In this document: positions 7,969 to 18,003 of the stretch, piece after piece
Layout: each line of letters opens with the position of its first letter
How positions within the stretch are numbered: the first letter of the stretch is position 1
Assembly: GCA_964403285.1 (NCBI GenBank)
Contig: CAYOFG010000004.1
Location: 17,292-81,291 of the forward strand
From: an uncultured Clostridia bacterium
GTDB taxonomy: Bacteria; UBA6262; WVXT01
Length of the DNA stretch: 64,000 nucleotides
Reading direction: 5' to 3'
Translations under genes and position numbers: made by a program
Notes under the pieces: model-generated
What the model was told of the DNA's origin: nothing
What the model saw: only the letters and a program-made list of their open reading frames with translations
Database searches by the model: none

Positions 7969-9168
7969 ATGGTAAGTCAACTATTTTTTCCCAGGGGTTT
8001 TTTTCTAAACGGAATCGGTTCCGGGATAAGAGATAGAAAAAAAAGAGATATAGCTCTCATCTATTCGGAAATTCCCTGTGTGGCAGCTGGGCTGTTCACT
8101 AAAAATAGAGTGAAGGCAGCTCCCGTCATAATCTCTAAAAGACATTTAAGAAATGGACGGGCGCAGGCGATTCTGGTCAATTCGGGTTGTGCAAATGCCT
8201 GCACGGGAAATAAAGGAATGGAAGATGCAGAGATGATGGCTTATGATTTGGCTTGTCATCTGGGTATGAGAAAGGAAGATGTTCTTCTTGCCTCCACAGG
8301 GGTAATTGGTCGATTCCTGCCTATGAATCGAGTTAAACACGGTATTAGGAAGATAACCGAAACTATAGGGAACCCTTCTAAGCCTGAATTTTTTGCTGAA
8401 GCAATTATGACCACTGACACTACTGCCAAAATAATCAGCAGGCAATTTTTGACTCAGAATCGCAAGAGAGCAGTCATCTGTGGATTGGCCAAAGGCGCAG
8501 GAATGATTCATCCTGACCTGGCCACTCTTCTCTGCTTCATAATTACTGACATAGCTATCCACAAGAGATTGCTTGAAAGATCGTTAATGACTGCGGTGGA
8601 AGGATCGTTTAACTCCCTCACTATTGACGGTGATATGAGCACCAACGATTCTGTTTTTATCCTCGCCAATGGCCGAGCAGGGAATAGACCAATAAATGGT
8701 GCAAATCGTGATTTTTTGAAGTTCCAGAATAATCTCAATGAGGTGACGAGAGGGCTGGCGGAGTTGATTGCCCGGGATGGAGAGGGAGCAACAAAATTGG
8801 TCAGGATAGTAGTGAGGAATGCAGAGAGTGATGTAAATGCAAAAAAGATAGCCCGGCATATCGCCACCTCTCTTTTAGTTAAGACAGCCCTGTATGGCTC
8901 TGACCCCAACTGGGGAAGGTTAATGGCAGCAATTGGTTCATCGGGAATAAGAATTAACCCCCGGAGAATAGATATCTATTTTGGTAAATTGCAGGTAACC
9001 AGAAATGGCCAGCCGGCATCTTATTCTGAAATAGAGGCTAAGAGAATATTAGAAAATAAGGAAATAGAAATAGTGATAGATTTGAAACAAGGAAGAGGTG
9101 GAGCCAAAGTCTATACCTGCGATTTGACTCCCGATTACGTAAAGATAAATTCATGTTATAGTACATAG
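7969..9168 (+). CDS. argJ: Ornithine acetyltransferase/N-acetylglutamate synthase
   Basis: NSGCANA, STGVIG, KGAGMIHP, DGDMSTND and ARDGEGATK motifs. Confidence 0.96.
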   Translation: MVSQLFFPRGFFLNGIGSGIRDRKKRDIALIYSEIPCVAAGLFTKNRVKAAPVIISKRHLRNGRAQAILVNSGCANACTGNKGMEDAEMMAYDLACHLGMRKEDVLLASTGVIGRFLPMNRVKHGIRKITETIGNPSKPEFFAEAIMTTDTTAKIISRQFLTQNRKRAVICGLAKGAGMIHPDLATLLCFIITDIAIHKRLLERSLMTAVEGSFNSLTIDGDMSTNDSVFILANGRAGNRPINGANRDFLKFQNNLNEVTRGLAELIARDGEGATKLVRIVVRNAESDVNAKKIARHIATSLLVKTALYGSDPNWGRLMAAIGSSGIRINPRRIDIYFGKLQVTRNGQPASYSEIEAKRILENKEIEIVIDLKQGRGGAKVYTCDLTPDYVKINSCYST

Positions 9169-9254
9169 TAGCTGCAGAGCGAAGCTCTGCTTTAAAATGG
9201 AGTAGCAGAGCTTGCTCTGCGTTATTATCGCTCCGATGAATCGGAGCTACTCCA
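9168..9254. repeat. GTAG-type REP hairpins (family D and D')
   Basis: GTAGCTGCAGAGC-GAA-GCTCTGC (9168-9190) and TGGAGTAGC...GCTACTCCA (9198-9254); segments recur at 28876, 47263 and 60217. Confidence 0.8.
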
Positions 9255-9866
9255 ATGGGAAAGATAATTAAGATTAATTCTGAGAAGCCCGAAAGGAAAA
9301 TAATTGGAGAGGCCGTACGTGTATTGAGAAGAGGGGGTCTTGTGATTTTTCCCACAGATACTGTTTACGGGTTGGGAGCAAGCATTCGCTTTCCTGAAAC
9401 AATAAGGAAAATTTACCGCATAAAGAAAAGGTCCGGGAGGAAACCTTTAGTTTTTCTGGTTGGCTTCAAAAAAGATATAGGAAAGTTCACTAATAAGTTA
9501 TCTAACGAAGAAAAAAGACTGGTAAGGGATTTCTGGCCAGGTGCTCTGACTTTAGTTTTTCCTTCTAAAAAGTATAATACAATCGCTTTGAGAATGCCAG
9601 ACCACAGAATAGCTCTGGGATTGATTAGGGGTGCCGGGCCATTAGCTGTGACCAGCGCCAATCTTTCCGGCAAGAAGGAGAATGTGACACTTAAAACAGT
9701 GGGAAGTCGTCTCTTAAAAGAGACCAATTTGTGTATTGATGGCGGCAAGGCTCCCCGGAGAAGTGTCTCCACTGTCGTGGATGTGACCAAGCATCCTTTC
9801 CAGGTAATCAGGGAAGGATGCATAAAAGAGAAAGAACTGAGAGAGGCGATAAAAAGTAAAATCTGA
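9255..9866 (+). CDS. tsaC: L-threonylcarbamoyladenylate synthase (TsaC/Sua5)
   Basis: FPTDTVYGLG, IKKR..KPL and TSANLSG motifs. Confidence 0.93.
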   Translation: MGKIIKINSEKPERKIIGEAVRVLRRGGLVIFPTDTVYGLGASIRFPETIRKIYRIKKRSGRKPLVFLVGFKKDIGKFTNKLSNEEKRLVRDFWPGALTLVFPSKKYNTIALRMPDHRIALGLIRGAGPLAVTSANLSGKKENVTLKTVGSRLLKETNLCIDGGKAPRRSVSTVVDVTKHPFQVIREGCIKEKELREAIKSKI

Positions 9867-9867
9867 A

Positions 9868-10326
9868 ATGTACAAGAAAATTCTTTTTGTTTGTACCGGT
9901 AATACCTGTCGTAGCGTAATGGCACAAGGACTATTAAGGAAAATGCTGAGCGAGGAAGGAATAAAGGATGTAGAAGTGAGTTCCGCTGGAATTGCTGCTC
10001 TGCCTTCCTTTGCTATTTATGGTGTACTGGAAAAAGTATTAAAAGAAGAGGGTATCGAGATTTTCAACCATAAACCTACCCGAGTCACTGCGGATATAGT
10101 TAAAGACGCTGATCTGATTCTGGTGATGGAGAGAAGACACAAAGAGGCTATTCTGGAGATGGCTCCGGAAGCAGAAAACAGAGTATTTCTATTGAAAAAG
10201 TTTGCCGGGGAAAAAGAGAATTTAGATATTCCCGATCCTATTGGTCAGCCCGAAGAGGCCTATCTAAGCAGTCTACAGGAAATTAAGGGATATTTGATCA
10301 AAATACTGAAGAAAATAAAAGGATAA
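9868..10326 (+). CDS. ywlE: Low-molecular-weight protein Arg/Tyr phosphatase (YwlE-like)
   Basis: VCTGNTCRS P-loop and DIPDPIG; conserved context between tsaC and glyA. Confidence 0.85.
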   Translation: MYKKILFVCTGNTCRSVMAQGLLRKMLSEEGIKDVEVSSAGIAALPSFAIYGVLEKVLKEEGIEIFNHKPTRVTADIVKDADLILVMERRHKEAILEMAPEAENRVFLLKKFAGEKENLDIPDPIGQPEEAYLSSLQEIKGYLIKILKKIKG

Positions 10327-10350
10327 TTCTAAATAATTAAGGAGAAGAAA

Positions 10351-11604
10351 ATGTCAAGCTTGAAGCGACTCGATTGTGAAGTTTACAGAGCAATCCAGTT
10401 GGAGACTAAAAGGCAAGCGGAAAATCTTGAGTTGATTGCTTCTGAAAACTTTGTCTCCGAAGCAGTTCTGGAAGCTCAAGGCTCAGTGATGACCAACAAG
10501 TATGCAGAAGGTTATCCCAGCCATAGATTCTACGGGGGATGTGAATATTACGATGTAGTGGAATCTTTAGCCATTGAGCGCGCCAAAAAGTTGTTCGGTT
10601 GTGACCATGTGAACGTTCAGGCTCATTCCGGGACCCAGGCAAATATGGCGGTCTACTTTGCCGTTCTTGAGCCGGGAGATACAATTATGGGGATGCACCT
10701 GTCGCATGGAGGACACCTTTCCCATGGCCATCCTACGAGTTTCTCTGGCAAATATTTTAAGACTGTACCTATAGGTGTATCCAAAAAGACAGGACGTATA
10801 GATTACCGGGAGATGAGGAACCTGGCCATCAAACATAAGCCAAAATTGATTGTTGCTGGGGCCTCTGCCTATTCCAGGATTATAGATTTCGGGAAGTTCA
10901 GAGAGGTCTGCGACAGGGTGGGTGCTTTTCTGATGGCTGATGTTGCCCATATAGCGGGATTAATCGCTGCTCGCCTGCATCCTTCTCCCATTCCTTATGC
11001 TGACTTTGTAACCACTACAACGCATAAGACGCTTCGCGGACCAAGAGGCGGAATGATAATGTGTAAGAAGAGATACGCTTCGCTTATAGACAAAAATATC
11101 TTTCCTGGAATACAGGGAGGTCCTCTCATGCACGTTATTGCTGCCAAAGCTGTGGCCTTTAAAGAGGCGCTTACGCCGGGATTCAGAAAATATCAGGCGC
11201 AGATAGTGAAAAATGCCAGGGCGCTGGCTGAAGGATTGATGAAGAGAGGATTCAAGATCGTTTCTGGAGGTACGGATACACACCTGATGCTGGTAGACCT
11301 TAGAAATAAGAGATTGACCGGAGATATAGCTGAAGAAGTTTTAGATCAGGCAGGTATTACGGTTAATAAGAATAGTATTCCCTACGATATAGAGAAACCC
11401 TTTGTGACCAGCGGGATTCGTTTGGGGACACCAGCCCTGACCACCAGGGGAATGGTGGAAAGCGATATGGAGAAAATTGCCGACTTGATATCAGATGCCC
11501 TCGATCATCGTTACGATGAGGACTATCTCGCCGGCTTGAAAAACGAAGTACGTAAACTAACCAAAAAATTTCCCTTATACAAGAAGAGACTGAGAAAGGA
11601 ATAA
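10351..11604 (+). CDS. glyA: Serine hydroxymethyltransferase
   Basis: [28 protein letters not shown] and GIRLGT motifs. Confidence 0.98.
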   Translation: MSSLKRLDCEVYRAIQLETKRQAENLELIASENFVSEAVLEAQGSVMTNKYAEGYPSHRFYGGCEYYDVVESLAIERAKKLFGCDHVNVQAHSGTQANMAVYFAVLEPGDTIMGMHLSHGGHLSHGHPTSFSGKYFKTVPIGVSKKTGRIDYREMRNLAIKHKPKLIVAGASAYSRIIDFGKFREVCDRVGAFLMADVAHIAGLIAARLHPSPIPYADFVTTTTHKTLRGPRGGMIMCKKRYASLIDKNIFPGIQGGPLMHVIAAKAVAFKEALTPGFRKYQAQIVKNARALAEGLMKRGFKIVSGGTDTHLMLVDLRNKRLTGDIAEEVLDQAGITVNKNSIPYDIEKPFVTSGIRLGTPALTTRGMVESDMEKIADLISDALDHRYDEDYLAGLKNEVRKLTKKFPLYKKRLRKE

Positions 11605-11652
11605 TCGGACAACCCATAGCGGAATTATCTTTTCATTCCTGGTATAAATTAG

Positions 11653-12663
11653 ATGCTTATCTCTTATATTCTTGTCTTTCTCCTTTCAGGACTAATTTCC
11701 TTAGGAGCCACGCCTCTAATTCTTCTCCTGGCGAGAAAGTTCGGGGTAATGGATAGGCCAAGTGAACGCAAAGTCCACCGTGGACTGGTTCCCTCCTGGG
11801 GTGGGTTGGCAATCTATGTTGCCTTTAGCGGTTCCATAGCATTAATCTTTCTTTTCCATGATGCTTTCCACCTTCTGCTTCGCTACCACCATTTTCTGGT
11901 CCAAAAGTATTTGGTAGGAATATTTTTGGGAGCAACAATTATCACTGTTTTAGGGTTAATTGACGATAAGAGAGGGCTCAATCCCACCGTTAAATTACTT
12001 GGCCAGGTTATTGCAGTCTTATTTCTACTCTGGTATGGGATAAGAATCGCGGGAATAAACAATCCTTTTGGTAAAACATATATTGAATTCTCGTTATACT
12101 TAAGTTTTTTAATTACAATCATTTGGACAGTCACTTTCATTAACTCCATCAATTTTATTGACGGACTCGATGGATTAGCCGCAGGCATAGTGGTAATTGC
12201 TTCCCTTACCTTTTTTGTTATCACTCTTTTTCAAATCGATAAGCAGAGCAATGTAGTAATTATTAACAGGCTGGAACTGGTAGCTATTATGGCTATGGCA
12301 TTGGTGGGAAGTACAGGCGGGTTTCTACTTTACAATTTCCATCCTGCAAGAATTTTTATGGGCGACACTGGCAGTATGTTTCTGGGATTTATCCTGGGGG
12401 CGATTACAATAATGGGAACATTGAAAACTGTGGCTACAATTGCTCTATTAGTTCCCATTATGGTAATAGGGCTTCCTTTATTGGACACTTTCCTCACTGT
12501 TCTTCGACGCTTGAAGAGGAGAAAACCTCTTCTGCAAGCTGACAGGGAACACCTCCACCATCGCTTATTGGACTATGGCTGGGGCCAGAAAAGGACAGTT
12601 CTTTTAATGTATGGAATCTCCGTGGTATTGGCATTGGGAGCAATACTTTTAACTATTCTTTAA
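11653..12663 (+). CDS. tagO: Undecaprenyl-phosphate GlcNAc-1-phosphate transferase (WecA/TagO)
   Basis: GLIDDK, NFIDGLDGLA, FMGDTGS and DREHLHH motifs. Confidence 0.9.
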   Translation: MLISYILVFLLSGLISLGATPLILLLARKFGVMDRPSERKVHRGLVPSWGGLAIYVAFSGSIALIFLFHDAFHLLLRYHHFLVQKYLVGIFLGATIITVLGLIDDKRGLNPTVKLLGQVIAVLFLLWYGIRIAGINNPFGKTYIEFSLYLSFLITIIWTVTFINSINFIDGLDGLAAGIVVIASLTFFVITLFQIDKQSNVVIINRLELVAIMAMALVGSTGGFLLYNFHPARIFMGDTGSMFLGFILGAITIMGTLKTVATIALLVPIMVIGLPLLDTFLTVLRRLKRRKPLLQADREHLHHRLLDYGWGQKRTVLLMYGISVVLALGAILLTIL

Positions 12664-12670
12664 AGAAAAG

Positions 12671-12785
12671 GTAGTGTAGGGCTTTATCCCCCTCCCGATA
12701 AATCGGGACGCCCATAAACCCCGTTAGAAATGGATGTTAGGAATCCTTTCGGGGGAATTTCTAACGGGGTAAAGGGCTACACTAC
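12671..12785. repeat. GTAG-type REP interrupted by a family B MITE
   Basis: Outer GTAGTGTAG/CTACACTAC inverted repeat with an internal CCCGATAAATCGGG hairpin. Confidence 0.8.
12719..12769. mobile_element. MITE-like element family B, copy 2 (51 bp)
   Basis: 13-bp perfect TIR CCCCGTTAGAAAT/ATTTCTAACGGGG; TAAA direct repeats at 12715-12718 and 12770-12773. Confidence 0.8.
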
Positions 12786-12829
12786 GCACGATTCTGGAGA
12801 AGAATTTTCTTCTTTAACTGGATTATTAT

Positions 12830-13972
12830 ATGAAAAAGATAATTTGTATCTTTGGCACAAGACCTGAAGCCATTAAGATGGCACCTGTGTTGAGAGAACT
12901 ACAAAAGAAGAAAGATTTATTCAAAACCGTCGTGGTAGTTACCGCTCAACACAGAGAGATGCTCGACCAGGTCCTGAGACTATTTAATCTCCAATCTGAT
13001 TATGATCTAAATATAATGCAAGGATCTCAGACCCTCTATTATATCACTACCAGCGCGCTTTCCAGGTTGGGAAAGGTAATTAATAGAGAGAATCCAGATT
13101 TCATTCTTGTCCAGGGGGATACCACGACAACTTTTGCAGCTACGTTGGCTGCTTTTTATCAAAAAGTGCCCGTTGGTCATATTGAAGCAGGACTCCGTTC
13201 TTACGATAGATTAAATCCCTATCCTGAAGAAGTGAACAGGCTTCTCACAGATACCTTGTGTGATATCCACTTTGCTCCTACCCCCACGGCGAAAAGAAAC
13301 CTCCTTAAAGAGAACATAAGGAACGAAGCCATTTTCGTAACGGGAAATACTGTGATCGATGCCCTCTATTTAGCCCTGAAGAAGCCGCATCGGTTCAGGA
13401 ACTCTGTTTTAAAAAAAATCGACTTCAGCAAGAAAAGAATAATCTTGCTCACTGCTCACCGTAGAGAAAATTGGGGAATTCCACTGGAGAATATCTGTTT
13501 GAGTATTAAGAGACTTATCCACAAGTACGATGATTTGGAAATTGTCTATCCCGTCCATCTCAATCCCAAAGTGAAGAATGTTGTCTATAGAATACTGAAA
13601 AACTCTCCTCGCATCCATCTTATTAAACCATTAGATTATCTCGATTTTGTGAATCTTTTGAATAAGTGCTTCCTGGTATTAACTGATTCTGGCGGGCTGC
13701 AAGAGGAGGCGCCCTCTTTGGCTAAACCCGTGTTATTGTTAAGAGAGGTTACCGAAAGGCCAGAAGGCGTAAAGGCAGGTACTGTAAGGATCGTTGGCTT
13801 ATCCAAAGAGAGAATATTTAGAGAAACCTGTAAGTTAATCGAAAATAGGAGAATGTATAACAGGATGGCTAAATCAGTTAACCCCTATGGCGATGGAAAG
13901 GCATCCAAAAGAATAGTTGACGTCCTTTTATCCTATTTTAGGAAAAAAAGTGACAGGTACTTTTTTAAATGA
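12830..13972 (+). CDS. wecB: UDP-N-acetylglucosamine 2-epimerase (non-hydrolysing)
   Basis: FGTRPEAIKMAP, VQGDT, GHIEAGLRS, DSGGLQEE and NPYGDG motifs. Confidence 0.96.
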   Translation: MKKIICIFGTRPEAIKMAPVLRELQKKKDLFKTVVVVTAQHREMLDQVLRLFNLQSDYDLNIMQGSQTLYYITTSALSRLGKVINRENPDFILVQGDTTTTFAATLAAFYQKVPVGHIEAGLRSYDRLNPYPEEVNRLLTDTLCDIHFAPTPTAKRNLLKENIRNEAIFVTGNTVIDALYLALKKPHRFRNSVLKKIDFSKKRIILLTAHRRENWGIPLENICLSIKRLIHKYDDLEIVYPVHLNPKVKNVVYRILKNSPRIHLIKPLDYLDFVNLLNKCFLVLTDSGGLQEEAPSLAKPVLLLREVTERPEGVKAGTVRIVGLSKERIFRETCKLIENRRMYNRMAKSVNPYGDGKASKRIVDVLLSYFRKKSDRYFFK

Positions 13973-14003
13973 AATGTACCTGTCACCTTTTTGGGAAAGA
14001 GAG

Positions 14004-14342
14004 ATGATAGAACATTATAGTTTTGGCAGGATAGTTATCGACGGAAAAGAATACACCTCTGATGTGATAATATACCCCGACCACGTTGATGGTAATTGGT
14101 GGAGAAAAGAAGGGCATCGACTGCAAGTAGTTGACATTAAGAAAGCTATACAGGATAAGCCCGAGATTCTAATTGTTGGTACAGGAGCTTCAGGGTTAAT
14201 GGAAGTCCCTGAGGATGTTGAAAATTATATAACTTCCCAAGGGATAAAATTAGTTGTAGATACGACCAAAAAAGCTTGCGATGAGTATAATCGACTTTGC
14301 CCATCGGGTAAAACCATCGCTGCCCTCCACCTCACCTGCTAA
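14004..14342 (+). CDS. Mth938-like domain protein (probable start 14004)
   Basis: IEHYSFGRIVIDGKEYTSDVII...IVGTG...ALHLTC pattern. Confidence 0.85.
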   Translation: MIEHYSFGRIVIDGKEYTSDVIIYPDHVDGNWWRKEGHRLQVVDIKKAIQDKPEILIVGTGASGLMEVPEDVENYITSQGIKLVVDTTKKACDEYNRLCPSGKTIAALHLTC

Positions 14343-14354
14343 CAGGAGGTCATT

Positions 14355-14897
14355 ATGAAAATAGAGCCCATATACTGGTACAAACTCCTAAGTCCCAGGG
14401 CTGTTGTTTTAATTTCCACAGTAAACAAGAAGGGCATCTCTAATGCTGCCCCTTTTAGTTTTGTAATGCCGGCTTCAGTGGAACCACCAATGATTGCCTT
14501 TGCTTCAGACCCGGAACACCACACCATATCCAATATCAGGGAGATGGGAGATTTTGCAGTGAATATTCCCGGAGTGGAAATGCTTAATCAACTGTGGACC
14601 TGTGGCGAAGATTTTCCTGAAGGAGTCAGCGAGATCAAAAAAGCGCACCTTACTGAAAAGAAATCTAAAAAGATAAAATCACCAAAAGTAGCGGAAGCGC
14701 TGGCTCAATTTGAATGTAAGCTGGAAGCAATGTATGAAGCCGGGGACCACATAATTGTAGTGGGAAGAGTAGTGGATGCGGAAGTGAAAAAAAGACTTTT
14801 TGCCAAAGGAAAATATAACCTTTTAAAGGCCAGACCACTCTCGCATGTGGGAGGTAATGAATTTACCCTGCCAGAGAAAATTATCCGGGTAAGATAA
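14355..14897 (+). CDS. Flavin reductase family protein (DIM6/NTAB)
   Basis: PRAVVLIST, NAAPFSF, HTISNI and GDHIIVVGRV motifs. Confidence 0.88.
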   Translation: MKIEPIYWYKLLSPRAVVLISTVNKKGISNAAPFSFVMPASVEPPMIAFASDPEHHTISNIREMGDFAVNIPGVEMLNQLWTCGEDFPEGVSEIKKAHLTEKKSKKIKSPKVAEALAQFECKLEAMYEAGDHIIVVGRVVDAEVKKRLFAKGKYNLLKARPLSHVGGNEFTLPEKIIRVR

Positions 14898-14958
14898 CTT
14901 TTTTGACACACATTAGTAGTTCAAAGAACAGTTTATCCTCGAGAGTTCCCTTATTTAC

Positions 14959-14988
14959 TTGACAATTAAAAAATTAATTTTATAAAAT
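14959..14988 (+). promoter_or_regulatory. Sigma70 promoter of the panE-fhs operon
   Basis: TTGACA followed by TATAAA (16-bp spacer) or TAAAAT (18-bp spacer). Confidence 0.6.
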
Positions 14989-15023
14989 TGGGATTTAGAA
15001 GTTTTTTATTTTTTGGGAACGAT

Positions 15024-15041
15024 TTGTGAAAATTTTCACAA
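15024..15041. promoter_or_regulatory. Rex operator
   Basis: TTGTGAA-AATT-TTCACAA, an exact Rex consensus; rex is in the same island. Confidence 0.9.
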
Positions 15042-15074
15042 AAACGCAGCCATCGAAAGAAACAGGCTTGAAGA

Positions 15075-16022
15075 ATGAAGATAGGAATTGTGGGCGCCGG
15101 GGCAATGGGTGGGTTATTTGGTGTAATGCTCACCAGAGCAGGGCAGGATGTTTGGCTAATTGACAATCATAAGCAAAGAGCGGAAAAGATAAATAGAGAA
15201 GGACTGATTATAGAAGCAAGTAAATCTCTTGAGTCCAGGGAACCTAAACAGGAAACAATAAAAATAAAAGTAACAACAGATCCTCAAGAAGTAGGTTCCT
15301 GCGATTTAGTTATCCTTTTCGTTAAAGCGTATGATACGGAAGAAGCCACCAGGAATTCTTTACCCCTAACTGGAAAGAATACAGTCTGGCTTACCCTGCA
15401 AAATGGTCTGGGAAACATTGAGAGGATGGATAAAATACTGGGTAAGGGTAGAGTGGTTGGTGGTATTACTTATCAAGGTGCTACTGTCCTGGAAGTGGGA
15501 AGAATAAAGCATGCGGGTTGTGGAAACACAGTAATTGGAGAGATTGACGGCAGGGAAAGTGAAAGAATAAGAGACATTTCACATATTTTCAATCAGGCGG
15601 GCATAGAGACTGAAATTTCTGATAACATAGAGGGTGTGTTGTGGGGTAAACTGTTAATCAATGCAGTGATTAACCCTTTAACAGCCATTACCAGGGTGAG
15701 AAATGGCCAATTGCTGGAATCTCCCCTTTTAAAAGAGACGATGAAACTCATAGTGGAAGAGGCTATGCGAGTTCCCCTGAAGGAGGGAATCAGACTACCA
15801 TACGAGAGAGTATTTGAGAAAGTGGAGGAGTCCTGTTACGCCTCCAGGGACAACATTTCTTCTATGTTGCAGGATATATTGAGAAAGAAGAGAACGGAAG
15901 TGGATTTTATCAACGGTGCAATAGTTTCTGAAGCGGAAAAAATAGGGATATCTACACCATTGAATAAGGCTCTCTGGAATCTGGTAAAATTCTTAGAAGG
16001 GAGGGCGGAATATGTTAAGTGA
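15075..16022 (+). CDS. panE: 2-dehydropantoate 2-reductase
   Basis: GAGAMG, FVKAYD, LQNGLG, WGKLLIN and SSMLQD...TEVDFING motifs. Confidence 0.93.
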   Translation: MKIGIVGAGAMGGLFGVMLTRAGQDVWLIDNHKQRAEKINREGLIIEASKSLESREPKQETIKIKVTTDPQEVGSCDLVILFVKAYDTEEATRNSLPLTGKNTVWLTLQNGLGNIERMDKILGKGRVVGGITYQGATVLEVGRIKHAGCGNTVIGEIDGRESERIRDISHIFNQAGIETEISDNIEGVLWGKLLINAVINPLTAITRVRNGQLLESPLLKETMKLIVEEAMRVPLKEGIRLPYERVFEKVEESCYASRDNISSMLQDILRKKRTEVDFINGAIVSEAEKIGISTPLNKALWNLVKFLEGRAEYVK

Positions 16023-17709
16023 TTTAGAGATTGCCCAGAAGGCGAAGATGAAGCCCATTGTGGAAATCGCTCAGGCCCTGGGCATAAAGGAAGATGAGAT
16101 TGACCTCTACGGGAAGTACATGGCTAAGGTCTGTCTCGATGTTCTGGATAGGTTTAAAGATAAGCCCAATGGCAAGCTTATTACAGTAACCGCGATTACT
16201 CCTACTCCTTTAGGGGAAGGGAAGACAGTTACTGCTTTTGGCCTGGGGATGGCCCTGGCCAGGATAGGAAAGAAAATCTGTAACACCTGTCGCCAACCTT
16301 CAAAGGGTCCCACATTCGGCATTAAGGGTGGTGCCGCGGGAGGAGGTTACTCTCAGGTTCTTCCGATGGAGAACATTAATCTGCACTTTACCGGAGATGC
16401 CCATGCAGTAGAATCGGCTCACAATCTTTTAGCCGCGGCAATAGATGCCAGCATTCTTCACGGAAACAAATTGAACATCGATCCTCTCAATATTACCTGG
16501 CGCAGGTGCGTTGACGTCAGTGATCGGGCACTAAGAAACATAGTTATTGGACTGGGGGGGAAGGCTAATGGTTATCCACGGGAAACAGGTTATGATATCA
16601 CCGTGGCTACCGAGACTATGGCTATTCTTGCGCTAACCACAGGCCTATTCGACTTGAGAAAGAGGTTGGGTAGGATAGTGGTGGGTTATACTTATGACGG
16701 TAAACCGGTAACTGCTGAACAGCTCAAGATTGCAGGAGCGATGACAGTCTTATTAAAGGATGCCATTAAGCCCAATCTTGTTCAGACAACGGAGAATACA
16801 CCTGTTTTTGACCATGCAGGGCCCTTTGCCAATGTTGCTCATGGGAATAACTCAGCAATCGCTGATATGGTAGCTCTTAAACTGGCCGATTACGTAGTTA
16901 CAGAGAGTGGCTTTGGTGCGGACTGCGGTTTTGAGAAATTGGTCAACGTTAAGTGCCGTCAAAGTGGTTTAAGAGTCGATTGTGGTGTAGTGGTTGCTTC
17001 CATAAGGGCGTTAAAAATGCATGGTGGGGCTTTTGACGTGCGCCCGGGAGTCGACTTAGATGAGAAATTGGTGGCCAAAGAAAATATGAAAGCTCTGGAG
17101 AAGGGATGTGAAAATCTTGCTAAGCATATAGAGAATGTCCACATCCATGGAGTTCCCGCAGTAGTGGCGATTAATAGATTTACTTCAGATACTGACAAAG
17201 AGATAGAATTTGTGAGAAAAAAGGCTCTGCAAGCGGGTGCGGATGACGCTGCCCCTGTAGATTGTTGGGCTAAAGGTGGCGAAGGTGCCATTCAATTGGC
17301 CAAAGCAGTGGTGGCAGCAGTGGATAAGCCACACCAGATGCGCTTCCTCTATCCAGACGATGCATCTATCAAAGAAAAGATTGAAACAATAGCTACGAAG
17401 ATATACGGAGCAGATGGGGTAGATTATGCTCCTCTTGCCGAAAGTAAGATTAAATTGTATACTGAATTGGGTTATAGCAAGATGCCTATTAACATGGCCA
17501 AGACCCATCTCTCTCTTTCCCATGACCCAAATCTAAAGTGTGTACCTCGCCACTACAGGATACCCATTCGAGACATCCGGGCATCAGTAGGAGCTGGATT
17601 TCTTTATCCTCTATTGGGGGCTATGAGTACTATGCCTGGGCTTCCCTCAATCCCAGCTGCTACCAAAGTGGATATCGATAAGACCGGAAAGACGGTGGGA
17701 TTGTTCTAA
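16012..17709 (+). CDS. fhs: Formate-tetrahydrofolate ligase
   Basis: TPTPLGEGKT, KGGAAGGGYSQ, NLHFTGD and HAGPFANVAHG motifs. Confidence 0.98.
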   Translation: MLSDLEIAQKAKMKPIVEIAQALGIKEDEIDLYGKYMAKVCLDVLDRFKDKPNGKLITVTAITPTPLGEGKTVTAFGLGMALARIGKKICNTCRQPSKGPTFGIKGGAAGGGYSQVLPMENINLHFTGDAHAVESAHNLLAAAIDASILHGNKLNIDPLNITWRRCVDVSDRALRNIVIGLGGKANGYPRETGYDITVATETMAILALTTGLFDLRKRLGRIVVGYTYDGKPVTAEQLKIAGAMTVLLKDAIKPNLVQTTENTPVFDHAGPFANVAHGNNSAIADMVALKLADYVVTESGFGADCGFEKLVNVKCRQSGLRVDCGVVVASIRALKMHGGAFDVRPGVDLDEKLVAKENMKALEKGCENLAKHIENVHIHGVPAVVAINRFTSDTDKEIEFVRKKALQAGADDAAPVDCWAKGGEGAIQLAKAVVAAVDKPHQMRFLYPDDASIKEKIETIATKIYGADGVDYAPLAESKIKLYTELGYSKMPINMAKTHLSLSHDPNLKCVPRHYRIPIRDIRASVGAGFLYPLLGAMSTMPGLPSIPAATKVDIDKTGKTVGLF

Positions 17710-17772
17710 AAGATTTTTATCTTTAGCGGATTGTAAACACACCTGGGGAAACTACTCATTGGAGGAAAAATA

Positions 17773-18003
17773 ATGAAAGAAGTAATTTTGCCAGATATGG
17801 GCGAAGAGGTAAAGGAAGCAACTATCTCCTTCTGGCATCACGACGAGGGAGACAAAGTAACCCAAGGAGAAGATTTAGTAGAGATTACTACGGAGAAAGC
17901 GAGTTTTCAAGTTGAAGCGCCTGTTTCGGGAGTCCTAAGCAAAATTTCTGCTGGCGAAGGCGAAGTAGTAAAATCGGGACAGGTCCTGGGCATCATCGAA
18001 TGA
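17773..18003 (+). CDS. Stand-alone lipoyl-domain protein (E2-type fold)
   Basis: 76 aa; LPDMGE...EITTEK(42)ASFQVEAPVSGVL matches the E2 lipoyl domain; SD GGAGG. Confidence 0.88.
   Translation: MKEVILPDMGEEVKEATISFWHHDEGDKVTQGEDLVEITTEKASFQVEAPVSGVLSKISAGEGEVVKSGQVLGIIE

Noticed and set aside
17773-18003. Calling the lipoyl protein GcvH and inferring a glycine cleavage/reductive glycine pathway
   Set aside because: It is 76 aa with an E2-type lipoyl signature rather than the ~125-aa GcvH pattern, and gcvP/gcvT are absent from the window. They cannot be excluded genome-wide.
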